Sequence record: OP889247.1
Reading direction: 5' to 3' (one strand)
DNA: 64,000 nt
Position numbers and translations under genes: made by a program. How positions within the stretch are numbered: position 1 is the first letter of the stretch; every line of letters begins with the position of its first letter. Of the stretch, positions 18,076-27,859 are shown one piece after another. The notes under the pieces were generated by a model. It made no database searches. It was given only the letters and a program-made list of their open reading frames with translations, and had not been told where the DNA came from.

Positions 18076-19599
18076 ATGAACCAACTTAACAGTATTTACC
18101 AATCCATGCTCAAATCCTGGGGTGTGAGTTTCACTTCCGATCATGAACTGATCCTGAATATGGCTGGTCAAGAAGTTCCAGTTAAAGTAGAAGATAAGCA
18201 AGTGTACCTTCCTACTAATGATAACCTTAATGGTGTTACCATTGGTAAGGTATTCTTCCATCCCGCTTGTGAATCAGTAATGTCTAAGGAAACTGAGATC
18301 TTCAAAGTTATCCGTAAACTTACCTGTGCACGTATTTACCAAGTATTCCAGCCTATCGCTCAAGTACTGTTTGCTGTAGCCGGTAAGAAGACAGGTAAAA
18401 CTACCTCTGGTAAGATGCTGGAGAAACTGGAGCCGTTTAAGAATGCTTCTAAAGAAGTTAAAGAAGATGTTCTTACTCTGATCAAAGGCATCGGTATCTC
18501 TTTGGAAGGTACAGGTATTGATAATCGTCTTATCAACTGGAATCTGATCAAAGGCGGTAAAGATGATCAAGATCGTCATGTCTACTATACCGCTATCCCA
18601 GATTACCCGTATTACATGGAACTGTGTCGAGTAGTAGCTCAAAACGATCATGTTAAACAAACAGGTCGTTTGAACTTCAATAACAGTAATGTAAGTAAAG
18701 CTGCTATGGAGTTGGTAATTTATCTGTTCGAGATGGTATTCCCGTCTTCACTTGATAACACTGTAGCAAGTTACTCAGTAGTGTCCCCGGATGCAGCTCG
18801 TTTAACAGCTTACCTGCACTCTTACGGTTTGGTAGTAAGTGAGCTCAATTCCCTGATCAGTAAGTTCCGTAAGGATTTCGATACCATTGGTATTTATGGT
18901 ATTGAACTAGACTGGTTGACTGAACTGGATTCACTGGGTGAATACAAAGGTCTTATCCCTCCTCTGGACTACAACAACTACAACGTAACTACCTCTGGCG
19001 ACAATGTAGGAAGTCGTGCTCCCAGTAAAGCTGTCACTACCTTTAATCTATTCGGTGCTAACACTACTCAACAAAACCAGCAACAACAAACCAACACAGC
19101 TGTAAAACAACCTAATGCTCCGGCGGCTCGTCCTGGTGAACATTACATGGGATGTGACTACACTGAGTCCAATGGTGTATTTGAATTTAAGTTCCAAATG
19201 CCAGGTGGTTTGATCCGTTCTGTATCGATGACCGAAGATAACCGTATTATCAATGAAATTGTAATTAACCCTGCAATGACAGCGATGAACGGTCTCGGTA
19301 ACACCCCCCTTGGCGGCATGAACGATCCACGTTTGCTTATGGCTCTTGCCCAAATGCAAAACAACGGTATCCCTCCCCTGATGGGTATGGGTGGGAATAA
19401 CGGTGGTGGTTTTGTTCGCGACCCTTATACTGGTCAAATGGTTCCTACTGGTGGCAATAACGGTTATAACAACAATGGTTATAACTCAGCACCACTTGGT
19501 TCCAATGATGCTTGGGGGAATAACAACAATCAATATCAACCTATGGACGCTTACACAGCTACTGGCGCAGGTGGTACTGTAAGTGTAAATAACTTCTAA
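18076..19599 (+). CDS. Conserved nucleus-block protein, phiKZ gp70-like, with N/G/Q/M-rich disordered C-terminus
   Basis: 507 aa, synteny, FFHPACES motif, low-complexity tail. Confidence 0.68.
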   Translation: MNQLNSIYQSMLKSWGVSFTSDHELILNMAGQEVPVKVEDKQVYLPTNDNLNGVTIGKVFFHPACESVMSKETEIFKVIRKLTCARIYQVFQPIAQVLFAVAGKKTGKTTSGKMLEKLEPFKNASKEVKEDVLTLIKGIGISLEGTGIDNRLINWNLIKGGKDDQDRHVYYTAIPDYPYYMELCRVVAQNDHVKQTGRLNFNNSNVSKAAMELVIYLFEMVFPSSLDNTVASYSVVSPDAARLTAYLHSYGLVVSELNSLISKFRKDFDTIGIYGIELDWLTELDSLGEYKGLIPPLDYNNYNVTTSGDNVGSRAPSKAVTTFNLFGANTTQQNQQQQTNTAVKQPNAPAARPGEHYMGCDYTESNGVFEFKFQMPGGLIRSVSMTEDNRIINEIVINPAMTAMNGLGNTPLGGMNDPRLLMALAQMQNNGIPPLMGMGGNNGGGFVRDPYTGQMVPTGGNNGYNNNGYNSAPLGSNDAWGNNNNQYQPMDAYTATGAGGTVSVNNF

Positions 19600-19615
19600 A
19601 CAACAATAAGGTAGT

Positions 19616-19645
19616 CCTGTAAGTCAGCATTAGCTGACTTACAGG
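19616..19645. terminator. Bidirectional terminator
   Basis: CCTGTAAGTCAGC-ATTA-GCTGACTTACAGG between convergent stop codons. Confidence 0.75.
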
Positions 19646-19660
19646 CTATTTACTTAATCT

Positions 19661-19999
19661 TTAATTTTCGCGTCTCACTCTTGTTACTTGAATAACGGAG
19701 TTAATATTTTCTCTAGTAACAGTCCAAATTCCTTTTAAGTGGGAGAAATCTTGATTAGGATTCTCTATTCCATTTAAATAAGAAATGGTCCAGATCATAT
19801 CTTCAGGAATAAGACTATTCATTCCCCCCATACTCCTAAGAAGTTTATGAAAGTTATTACGATAAGCAAACCGTAAACTGTCATCTACGAAAGGAGAGAA
19901 TGAAGCTCTAGCCAAAAGGATTTCTTTACAGCTTCGAATAATGGTTTTGTATTCTTCAGTGTAGAAAAAAGAATTACCAGAGTTCATAGAAATTGGCAT
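19661..19999 (-). CDS. Small conserved hypothetical (probable virion) protein, 112 aa
   Basis: Start refined to ATG 19999 (MPISMNS) with an AAGGA SD. The longer ORF call overlaps the promoter and the next gene. Confidence 0.6.
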   Translation of the reverse strand: MPISMNSGNSFFYTEEYKTIIRSCKEILLARASFSPFVDDSLRFAYRNNFHKLLRSMGGMNSLIPEDMIWTISYLNGIENPNQDFSHLKGIWTVTRENINSVIQVTRVRREN

Positions 20000-20034
20000 G
20001 ACAAAAGTTTCCTTTTTTATTAATTTTTTACAGG

Positions 20035-20068
20035 CCCTATAATATTTCAGACCGATATTATTAGAATG
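20035..20068 (+). promoter_or_regulatory. Early-type promoter of the nvRNAP beta/beta' operon
   Basis: CCCTATAATATTTCAGACCGATATTATTAGAATG aligns with the other five copies. Confidence 0.65.
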
Positions 20069-20090
20069 TAATTCTAGGGAGATATTAAAA

Positions 20091-22193
20091 ATGAACGACA
20101 AGAAACCTAAAAACCAAATCACGTTTAGAACTGGTGGTGTCGGCGTCGGTTTGAACGCCTGTCGAGCTAACTCATCTGCTGCCAGACTTTACATGTTGGG
20201 TAAGAATGCAGGGAAGGCGTCTGTTATTTGGCATCCGACAAATAGAAAGTTTAGTGCTGGTGATGAAGTCGAGTATGGTAAGACTGCTCGTAAAGTAGAA
20301 GCAGAGTCTGATGTGGAAGTTGAAGCTATCTTCTTTCCACGTAATATACTTAATACCACCGAGCCTAATCTTTGGGGTAAAGTAAACGTTATAGTTCGTA
20401 ATCTAGAAACAGGTATCTATGACGTGATTGAACTGGATAAGTTCAATACTCAAAACATGGATTTGGGATTCGAGTACAAATACGACGATGATTTACTCCG
20501 TAGTATCAAGCCTGGTAGTCAATACCGCAAAGGAACTGTGTTTGGGCAATCAGCTCGTATTTCTGAAAGTAATGAATGGTGTCCAGGTATTGAAACTAAA
20601 GTAGCCGCGATGAGTCACGTGTATACAGAAGAAGATGCTGTTTTGATCTTTGAAAGTTATGCGCGTAAGATCGGTGTTACCTTTAGTCGTAAACATGACT
20701 TCCAGTGGAACGAAGAAGAGTTTATTCCGCTTAACTTGTACGGTAGTGTCGATAAACCGCAACTCTGTCCACTGTCTGGGGAGCGTGTTAGAGAAGATGG
20801 TATTGTAATGGGATTTCGTCGTAAGGATCCTAATGCGGGGATCTCTGGGATGACTAAACGCTCCCTGATGATTCCAGATCCTATTTACGACGTATTGTTC
20901 TACTCAAGCCCAAACTGTATTGTGGCGGACATTGAAGTTCAAACAGAACGTTACAAGAACCAATCTAATAATCGTAAAGCTGAGAAGCTCACTCAACCTC
21001 ACACTTTGATCTTGGAAAAGATTGAGGAAGAGTATAACAGCTATTATAACGATATTGTTAAATGGTTCGTTAATAAGGAACGTCAGTATGCTGACAATGT
21101 TCCTTTGTCAGGTAAGCTCTGGAATTTGATCTTTATGGCACGAGGTGCTATTACAAGAGATTTCAGCACTCCTCACTCTAATGGTAAATTCCATAAGGTA
21201 AAACGTAAAATCCACAACATCAATCTGAAGGACTGGCGTATTATCGTTACTCTTAAGGAAGATGTAGAAGGTAAAGTGCGGTTTAAGAATACTGGTATGG
21301 ATGGTAACAAATCTGTTATCATGAAAATCCTACCAGACTCTATGGCTCCAGTAGATGAGTATGGTAACAAAGCTGATATGATTGTGGGTAACACACCTGC
21401 ATTTCGTCGTCAAACTTTGGGCTCATTGATCGAGCTTGATGTTAACTTTGTTAACCAATATGTTTATCGAGAGATTAAACAAGCTTTTGAAAGTAAGGAT
21501 TATGCGTCGGCTTGGGATAAAGCACATCTGTTCTACAAAACAGTTAATCCCTCATTTGGGGAACTAGTAGAACAATTGAACGCTGAAGAACGAATGGCGC
21601 ACCTAAGATGGATTCTGAAGGATGAGAATGAATTCGGTATTCTAGCACCTTCCGGTACTGATGATGTAGGCATTAAGATCACTGAACGTTTGGCCGATAC
21701 TTATGCACATATCAAACCAACACCTGTTACTTACATGAACGAGAATGGAGCTAGGATCACTACCATTCACCCGATTGTAATCAGTTCACTCTATTACCTG
21801 ATGTTGGATAAATTCGGTGATGACATCAGTTGTCAGTCCATGCCGAAACTTAATATCTTTGGGCTTCCAACTTCACTTAGTAAACATGAACGTTCTCGTG
21901 ACTTCTATCGAGCCACTTTGAACCGTAACGTTGGTGAAACCGAGGGTCGGTTGTTTGTTAACCAGAAGGGAGGTGCGGCTGCTGTACGTAGTTTGGCACT
22001 AGCTAACAGTCCTGAGTTATTAAGCTTGGCTGGTAAACGTATTATCCGCGCTGATAATCCATTCTTGATCAAACACCTGATTAAACCAGGTGAGGAGCGT
22101 CGTAACCATTCTCTACAAGTGATCGATAATATCATGAGTGATTTTGGTCTTAAACTTAGAACAGAGCGTTCTAGTGACCGTACCGACGATTGA
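20091..22193 (+). CDS. nvRNAP beta C-terminal subunit (phiKZ gp71-73-like, uninterrupted)
   Basis: RNAP beta motifs: YTEEDA, GMDGNKSVI (GxxGNKG), LYYLMLDKFGDD and GETEGRL. Confidence 0.88.
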   Translation: MNDKKPKNQITFRTGGVGVGLNACRANSSAARLYMLGKNAGKASVIWHPTNRKFSAGDEVEYGKTARKVEAESDVEVEAIFFPRNILNTTEPNLWGKVNVIVRNLETGIYDVIELDKFNTQNMDLGFEYKYDDDLLRSIKPGSQYRKGTVFGQSARISESNEWCPGIETKVAAMSHVYTEEDAVLIFESYARKIGVTFSRKHDFQWNEEEFIPLNLYGSVDKPQLCPLSGERVREDGIVMGFRRKDPNAGISGMTKRSLMIPDPIYDVLFYSSPNCIVADIEVQTERYKNQSNNRKAEKLTQPHTLILEKIEEEYNSYYNDIVKWFVNKERQYADNVPLSGKLWNLIFMARGAITRDFSTPHSNGKFHKVKRKIHNINLKDWRIIVTLKEDVEGKVRFKNTGMDGNKSVIMKILPDSMAPVDEYGNKADMIVGNTPAFRRQTLGSLIELDVNFVNQYVYREIKQAFESKDYASAWDKAHLFYKTVNPSFGELVEQLNAEERMAHLRWILKDENEFGILAPSGTDDVGIKITERLADTYAHIKPTPVTYMNENGARITTIHPIVISSLYYLMLDKFGDDISCQSMPKLNIFGLPTSLSKHERSRDFYRATLNRNVGETEGRLFVNQKGGAAAVRSLALANSPELLSLAGKRIIRADNPFLIKHLIKPGEERRNHSLQVIDNIMSDFGLKLRTERSSDRTDD

Positions 22194-22225
22194 GAAGTTC
22201 TTTTAGTTTAGTAAAAGAGGATCCG

Positions 22226-24250
22226 ATGAAAACAATTAGATTAAGAGAATTCGCTGGACTTGATCAAGTTTCAATGCTTAACATGACGGAGCGTCGTTAT
22301 AAAGTAGAAGTGATCGATGACCAAGGAGAGAAAGTAATCACTGATAGTTGGCTACTAGCTATCAACTGGTACACACTCATTCCCCATCGTTACTTCCACG
22401 ACGAACCTTATCATATTGACGAGGTTATCGTTCTGAAGTCCAAGGAAGGACGTCAGAGCTTTATTGACGATGATAAGCTGAAGCACCCGGTGGATAACTT
22501 CCTGGCACGCATTATGCCTAAGAACGATGATCCTGTTTTCTACGATATGATTAAACAATTGATCTTTGTTTATCATAATGCTTGTCACAACTATCTGTGC
22601 GTAAAGTCCGAACATGGTGTTGTATCTGCACGTTCTATGGATGTGCTCCATGTGCTGAGAAATCCAAAGATTGCTGATCTGAAGAAACGTGTTCAATCTG
22701 GTCAAACTTGTATGGCGGATGGTGCTAAGGAGTTTGAACAGATCATGATGACCGAACCTGATTTTGATAAATCAGTATTTGGGTTATTGTATCGTACTCG
22801 CTCAGTATCAAGTGTTCAGTCATTCCAGTTGGTAATTGCACGTGGCGACGTAACCGATCTTAATGGCACTATCCTACCTAATACTATTATGGAATCGTAC
22901 GCTGATGGGATTACCAACCTTGCTGATAGTCTAGCGGACTCTAAAGGTGCTGGTTTCTCATTGATCTCTAACGGACAAGCACTACAAGACTCTGAGTGGT
23001 TCCACAAGAAGATTCATAACGTAGCTCAGGTAGTTAAAGGGATTGACTACCAAAAGGACTGTGGGAGCACTACAGGGACGATTGTGAAGATTGTCTCCAA
23101 AGAGTTTAAACAGTCTTTGGCTGGTAAGTGGCGAATCATGGAAGATGGTTCTTTGGAACTATTGATCGGTAAAGCGTTGGATAAGATCGAAACTGGAGAA
23201 AAGATCACCTATCGCTCTGTTGCTTGGTGTCGACATGGTAGAACAGGAAGACCTTGTTCGGTGTGTTTTGGTAAAATGGAATCGGCTCTACCGTTTAACC
23301 CTTACACTAGAAGAGGAGCAGTGCCTGGATTGTTCTACGGTTCTACTCTTGCCGAACCCATTGGTCAGTCTATCCTTAAGACTAAACACCGGATTGGTTC
23401 TGCGTCAGCTAAAGGGTTTGTAGTTAATCGTGCTGACGCCGACTATATTACTGGTGATGAGTCTGGTGATTACATCTACTTTAAGAAAGAGATCCTTAAT
23501 GAGGATTCTGATCCATATTTGATTCTGGATAAGGAAACACAGCAGGACTTCTCCGACTTTAAGTTTATGGAAAACTTGGAAGACATCGATCTGTCCCGTG
23601 TTCTTAGAACATATGAAACAATTAAACTGCGGGTAAGTATTTCTAACCCTATGTTTGAGAGTAAGAAAGCAGTTCATTACCCAATCATCACTACCACTGT
23701 TGCTAGTCGCGACGCAAGGATGACCAGAGCGCTTGTAGAGTACTTGTTGGAGCAACCTATAGAGGAGGAGGGTAAAACCTTTAAGATCTCTTTGAAAGGG
23801 TTTGATGCTAAGGAACCAGCATTTGAGTTACCGCAAGTAAACGAGGACTTGGATGCCTATCGTAAGAGAGTAGAAAATAGGTTTAAGTTTGATGAAGTTA
23901 AGAACCGCTGGGATCACTGGATTACACCTGAAATCTTTGGTGAGTACGTAGTATCTCTTTGGAAGGTAATTGATGAGAAGTACAAAGGTGCTAATATCAT
24001 CATGACCGATATCTTCCTCTGGGCTTGTACCGCTATTGATCCTAATAACTTGGATTACGGATTACCTGGTGAAACAGACAAACGGGTATTTGTTTCACTA
24101 CATGAGTCCATTATCCATGGTGGAATGAGTAATGCACTAGTATACGGTTATCAGAAAGAGAGCTTAATTAACGAACCATATCGGTTCCTGGTTAAGAACC
24201 GTAAGAGTGGTGTATTGGAAGCATTCATGAACCCAATCGCAATTAAATGA
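22226..24250 (+). CDS. nvRNAP beta' C-terminal subunit (phiKZ gp74-like)
   Basis: DCGS, RSVAWC..C..CFG Zn site, AEPIGQSILKTKH trigger-loop-like region. Start at ATG 22226 with a GAGG SD. Confidence 0.86.
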   Translation: MKTIRLREFAGLDQVSMLNMTERRYKVEVIDDQGEKVITDSWLLAINWYTLIPHRYFHDEPYHIDEVIVLKSKEGRQSFIDDDKLKHPVDNFLARIMPKNDDPVFYDMIKQLIFVYHNACHNYLCVKSEHGVVSARSMDVLHVLRNPKIADLKKRVQSGQTCMADGAKEFEQIMMTEPDFDKSVFGLLYRTRSVSSVQSFQLVIARGDVTDLNGTILPNTIMESYADGITNLADSLADSKGAGFSLISNGQALQDSEWFHKKIHNVAQVVKGIDYQKDCGSTTGTIVKIVSKEFKQSLAGKWRIMEDGSLELLIGKALDKIETGEKITYRSVAWCRHGRTGRPCSVCFGKMESALPFNPYTRRGAVPGLFYGSTLAEPIGQSILKTKHRIGSASAKGFVVNRADADYITGDESGDYIYFKKEILNEDSDPYLILDKETQQDFSDFKFMENLEDIDLSRVLRTYETIKLRVSISNPMFESKKAVHYPIITTTVASRDARMTRALVEYLLEQPIEEEGKTFKISLKGFDAKEPAFELPQVNEDLDAYRKRVENRFKFDEVKNRWDHWITPEIFGEYVVSLWKVIDEKYKGANIIMTDIFLWACTAIDPNNLDYGLPGETDKRVFVSLHESIIHGGMSNALVYGYQKESLINEPYRFLVKNRKSGVLEAFMNPIAIK

Positions 24251-24256
24251 TAATGT

Positions 24257-24290
24257 CCTACCTAGACATTTTGTCTAGGTAGGTTTATTT
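24257..24290 (+). terminator. Intrinsic terminator
   Basis: CCTACCTAGACA-TTT-TGTCTAGGTAGG followed by TTTATTT. Confidence 0.78.
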
Positions 24291-24301
24291 GGAGTATAGT
24301 T

Positions 24302-24649
24302 ATGAAACGTCTTTACCTGATCAAATCTGGAACTGACTTACTTCCTTATTTGATGCCAAAGTTAAATCAAGTTCACGTACCTAAAAAGAAACGTGCTATA
24401 ATGAAAGCAGGGACCGATCTTGTTCTTATCTATAGCAAAGGGAAATGTCTGGTACAACGAGCAGATATTCGCACACCCTATCGACACATGGTTTTCATGT
24501 TCAACCTTCCAGATTGGGATAAGTATATTTACCCTATGGAACTCACTTGTCTTTCCACACAGGGACTAATAATAGATCAAGTAAAAGGATTACCTTGGGC
24601 TCAGCCTGAAACATTTAAACCAGGTAGTGTAAACGTTAAAACGTATTAA
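24302..24649 (+). CDS. Hypothetical protein
   Basis: GGAG SD, 115 aa. Confidence 0.65.
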   Translation: MKRLYLIKSGTDLLPYLMPKLNQVHVPKKKRAIMKAGTDLVLIYSKGKCLVQRADIRTPYRHMVFMFNLPDWDKYIYPMELTCLSTQGLIIDQVKGLPWAQPETFKPGSVNVKTY

Positions 24650-24655
24650 GGATGA

Positions 24656-25054
24656 ATGATGAAAAAGTTCTATTGTTTTACTGCTGGACAACTGGTACCT
24701 TCCTGGGTTGTTGATTTCGTTTCTGAAAATCCAGAATCAGAATTTAATAACCGTAAAGGTAAAATAACTTTTGCGTCTTCCTGCCTCGGTGTTAAAGAAG
24801 AAACTGGAAATATTAAACTTCTCAGACTTAATGATAAAAATGGTGATCAAGATCACGATTATGTTATTGTCGGGAATATGAACAATGCGGTGATTGGTGG
24901 CATTGGGAATGGTCGCGGTATCCACATTGCTAGCAGGTCTTATCAAAAGGATTTTGGTAAAGGTCTTCATTATTCACATTCCATTGTAAATGGTAAAGAA
25001 GTCCTAATTCAACTGAAAGGATTTGAAGATGTCGCTATCCAAGGAAGTAAATAA
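24656..25054 (+). CDS. Hypothetical protein
   Basis: AAGGA SD, 132 aa, directly follows the previous gene. Confidence 0.65.
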   Translation: MMKKFYCFTAGQLVPSWVVDFVSENPESEFNNRKGKITFASSCLGVKEETGNIKLLRLNDKNGDQDHDYVIVGNMNNAVIGGIGNGRGIHIASRSYQKDFGKGLHYSHSIVNGKEVLIQLKGFEDVAIQGSK

Positions 25055-25205
25055 ACTCTTTGATGAAATAGAGTATAAAATCTCTAAATTTCAAAAGAAA
25101 CTAGTTGATCGAAAGGAACCTAAACGTTCAACATTACCTGGCGGTGGTGGTTATCAACCCCATCCTACAGATAAAGAAGCTTCCCCTCCCCCAAAGAAAC
25201 AGTAA
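25023..25205 (+). CDS. Small basic, proline-rich hypothetical protein
   Basis: 60 aa, overlaps the upstream gene and ends just before a hairpin. Confidence 0.45.
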   Translation: MKMSLSKEVNKLFDEIEYKISKFQKKLVDRKEPKRSTLPGGGGYQPHPTDKEASPPPKKQ

Positions 25206-25212
25206 TACAAAT

Positions 25213-25243
25213 AACGTAGTGAGAAACTCTCACTACGTTTACA
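25213..25243 (+). terminator. Stem-loop terminator
   Basis: AACGTAGTGAGA-AAC-TCTCACTACGTT. Confidence 0.65.
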
Positions 25244-25357
25244 AAAAGGTCTGTTAATAAATACAACAGTCATAATTCGTTAGAAACCAATCTTTTGTGA
25301 CCACTTTCCAAGAGGTTAAATGATATAACGTTTTATGTGTTCTAAGGGAGATACCTA

Positions 25358-26890
25358 ATGAGAAAGACGTTAGAGGTTTATAAAGCTAGTACCTACGTTA
25401 GGCTCACTGGGTATAAACCGGAATTAGTTAAACAGATATTAATGCCTTTTTGTAAACGTAACTTTGCAAGAGTCCAAAAGGTTCCAGGTGATTTATACGG
25501 AACACATAAGTGGGAAATTACTCATGTGTTTGCGAGATTCAATAACGATAAAACAGAGTTAAGGTTCTGTTCATCGATGCTACCTGAACTAATTAAACTT
25601 ATGACTAGTTCTGGTTATAAAGAGTCACGCATTTCTATTCAAGATGAAAAGGTGATTAAACCTAAAAAGGTAGTATTACCTTTACTTAATCCAAAGATTA
25701 AACCAAGGGATGAAGAACAGGAAGAGTTCTGCGAGTTCATGATGAACGAAGATCCTCTTTCTATTAACAACCTTCCGCCCGGGAGGGGAAAGACATTCTG
25801 CGCTTTATTTTCAGCACACCATGTTGGTGAAAGAGTTCTTATCACAGTTCTACCAAGGTTCGTTGATATCTGGGTTAAAGCGTTTGGTGAGTTTTACAAT
25901 ATCAAACCTGAAGATGTGGTAGTGGCTGATATCATTGGTGTACCTGAACTACATCAAGCTATCGTTAATAACGTAATAGATCCTAAGATCATTATTCTCC
26001 CTTTAACTAAGATTGATATTTATCTGAAGAAAATGAGGGATGATGAAACTCTACCAAGTCTTGATCAAGTGTTCGATGATCTTGGTTGCGGGATCCGTGT
26101 TATAGACGAAGCACATGAATCGATCTATTCAGTTTATAGTAGTTTGATGTTTGGTAATCACAAACGTACTTTTGTATTATCAGGTACATTGAAAGGTGAT
26201 GACGAATTTGTAAACAAAATTTATAATGCAATCTTTCCATTTAGTTGTTACCTGAGATCCCCAGAACACACACCTTACATGCACGTTGTTGCTTATTTCC
26301 ATCGAATGGATTTATTTAAACATCGTATAAATACAAAAGGTTTTGGTGGCTATAGCCACGTAAAATTTGAGCAAGGGATATTAAAGAAACCTTGTTTATT
26401 TGAAAGTTACTACCAAATGCTTTTAGGTGCATATAAACAGTTTTACTTGGACGACTACTTAGAAGGTCAAAAGTCAATGTGGTTTTTTGCCACTACTGAG
26501 TTTTGTGATAAGTTTAATGAAAGGTTATTGTCCGATTATCCTGATCTAGATAGCATTGTGTTCAATTCCAAAACAAGCAAAAAGGATCCAAATGGTTATA
26601 GAGAACATACCAATGTGGTAACTACACCAGGATCTTGCGGTACCGGTAAAGATATACCCAAGCTCTTTACAGTGTTCTCACCTATAGCTGTGTCTTCTTC
26701 ACAGCGTAACAACCAAATGGTGTGTCGCACTAGACCGGTTGATAAATGGTGGCCAGGACTAATGCCGTACTTTGTTTATTTTGTTTGTCAAGACGAGAAA
26801 AAGCAAATAGAGTATGGTAGAAAGAGGAGGGAACTTTTTAACGGCGTTTGTAAGAAGTTTTCTATTATCGATAGTGGTGTAAGAATGTAA
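25358..26890 (+). CDS. Superfamily 2 (UvsW-like) DEAH-type helicase, phiKZ gp75-like
   Basis: Walker A LPPGRGKT, motif II IDEAHE, motif III LSGT, motif V GTGKDIP and motif VI QMVCRTR. Confidence 0.88.
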   Translation: MRKTLEVYKASTYVRLTGYKPELVKQILMPFCKRNFARVQKVPGDLYGTHKWEITHVFARFNNDKTELRFCSSMLPELIKLMTSSGYKESRISIQDEKVIKPKKVVLPLLNPKIKPRDEEQEEFCEFMMNEDPLSINNLPPGRGKTFCALFSAHHVGERVLITVLPRFVDIWVKAFGEFYNIKPEDVVVADIIGVPELHQAIVNNVIDPKIIILPLTKIDIYLKKMRDDETLPSLDQVFDDLGCGIRVIDEAHESIYSVYSSLMFGNHKRTFVLSGTLKGDDEFVNKIYNAIFPFSCYLRSPEHTPYMHVVAYFHRMDLFKHRINTKGFGGYSHVKFEQGILKKPCLFESYYQMLLGAYKQFYLDDYLEGQKSMWFFATTEFCDKFNERLLSDYPDLDSIVFNSKTSKKDPNGYREHTNVVTTPGSCGTGKDIPKLFTVFSPIAVSSSQRNNQMVCRTRPVDKWWPGLMPYFVYFVCQDEKKQIEYGRKRRELFNGVCKKFSIIDSGVRM

Positions 26891-26899
26891 ATAAAAACT

Positions 26900-26938
26900 G
26901 ACTCTACCAAGCTTTGATGCTTGGTAGAGTCTTTATTT
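26900..26938 (+). terminator. Intrinsic terminator
   Basis: GACTCTACCAAGC-TTTGAT-GCTTGGTAGAGTC followed by TTTATTT. Confidence 0.78.
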
Positions 26939-26942
26939 AAGG

Positions 26943-27446
26943 TTGAGAGAAATGCAAGCTAATTTTAATACGATTACATTCTCGCTTCCTAATGTGAGAA
27001 ACGAAGAAGTTCTAAATGCTATTGTAACTGGACTAATGTCTATTATTGCGAATCAGTTTAACAACGGTGATGAGATGAGTTGTGTTTTTAATAGAGACAT
27101 TGCTTATTACAGCATGGGAGAAGTTATCACTGATAATGTAATGGATGAACAACAGTTCCAATCTTTACATCAACAAGCTGTATCTGGACTAGAACATATA
27201 TTAACACATCAGTTAACTACTCTAGAAATGCTTGTAACAACTTCTGAAGGACTTTCCGACATAATCCCATATGTTTCCCCTGGTGTTATCTTACTTTACA
27301 TTAGAGAAGGTTTGGTGAGTAATATCAATGGCACGTATGCAGGTATAGAAAGTAACAATCAAGCTTATTTCGAATACTGTCAAATAGTAGGAGATAAGCC
27401 AAGTAACAGTTTTCTTACTAATGGTGATTTCAGTGAGATCGTTTAA
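26943..27446 (+). CDS. Hypothetical protein
   Basis: 167-aa ORF; the start may be ATG 26952. Confidence 0.6.
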   Translation: MREMQANFNTITFSLPNVRNEEVLNAIVTGLMSIIANQFNNGDEMSCVFNRDIAYYSMGEVITDNVMDEQQFQSLHQQAVSGLEHILTHQLTTLEMLVTTSEGLSDIIPYVSPGVILLYIREGLVSNINGTYAGIESNNQAYFEYCQIVGDKPSNSFLTNGDFSEIV

Positions 27447-27825
27447 TCCAGTACCAATTAGAGAAAATAACTTAGAAGTGATAAGTCATCACTTTCTATT
27501 ACCAGTAATACATGAACAATTGAATACACCTCATAGTGTTTTGCATGAGTGGTTAGTCTATAGCTTAGGTCAATGTGTACTTGATTGCCCTGGTGCACCA
27601 TTCTGTTTTATGTCGGAGGTCGCTGAGCAGTTGATTGAATCCATCGATCCAGGTGATCTAGACCGTGTGCATGAAATAATAGACTGGTTACAAGAGCAAC
27701 ATTATCTGTTATTTTCTGATCACGTATTTCAATCAATCTGTTTTAGTAATTTAGAGTTTTATAAGTTTAGTTATGAGTTGTATCCAACTTCCGGCAGAAT
27801 CTTATTTCACGTAGATGAAGACTGA
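27421..27825 (+). CDS. Hypothetical protein
   Basis: 134-aa acidic ORF overlapping the previous gene. Confidence 0.6.
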   Translation: MVISVRSFNPVPIRENNLEVISHHFLLPVIHEQLNTPHSVLHEWLVYSLGQCVLDCPGAPFCFMSEVAEQLIESIDPGDLDRVHEIIDWLQEQHYLLFSDHVFQSICFSNLEFYKFSYELYPTSGRILFHVDED

Positions 27826-27859
27826 TTCGTTAACTAACCTAATTAAAAGAGTATAGACA

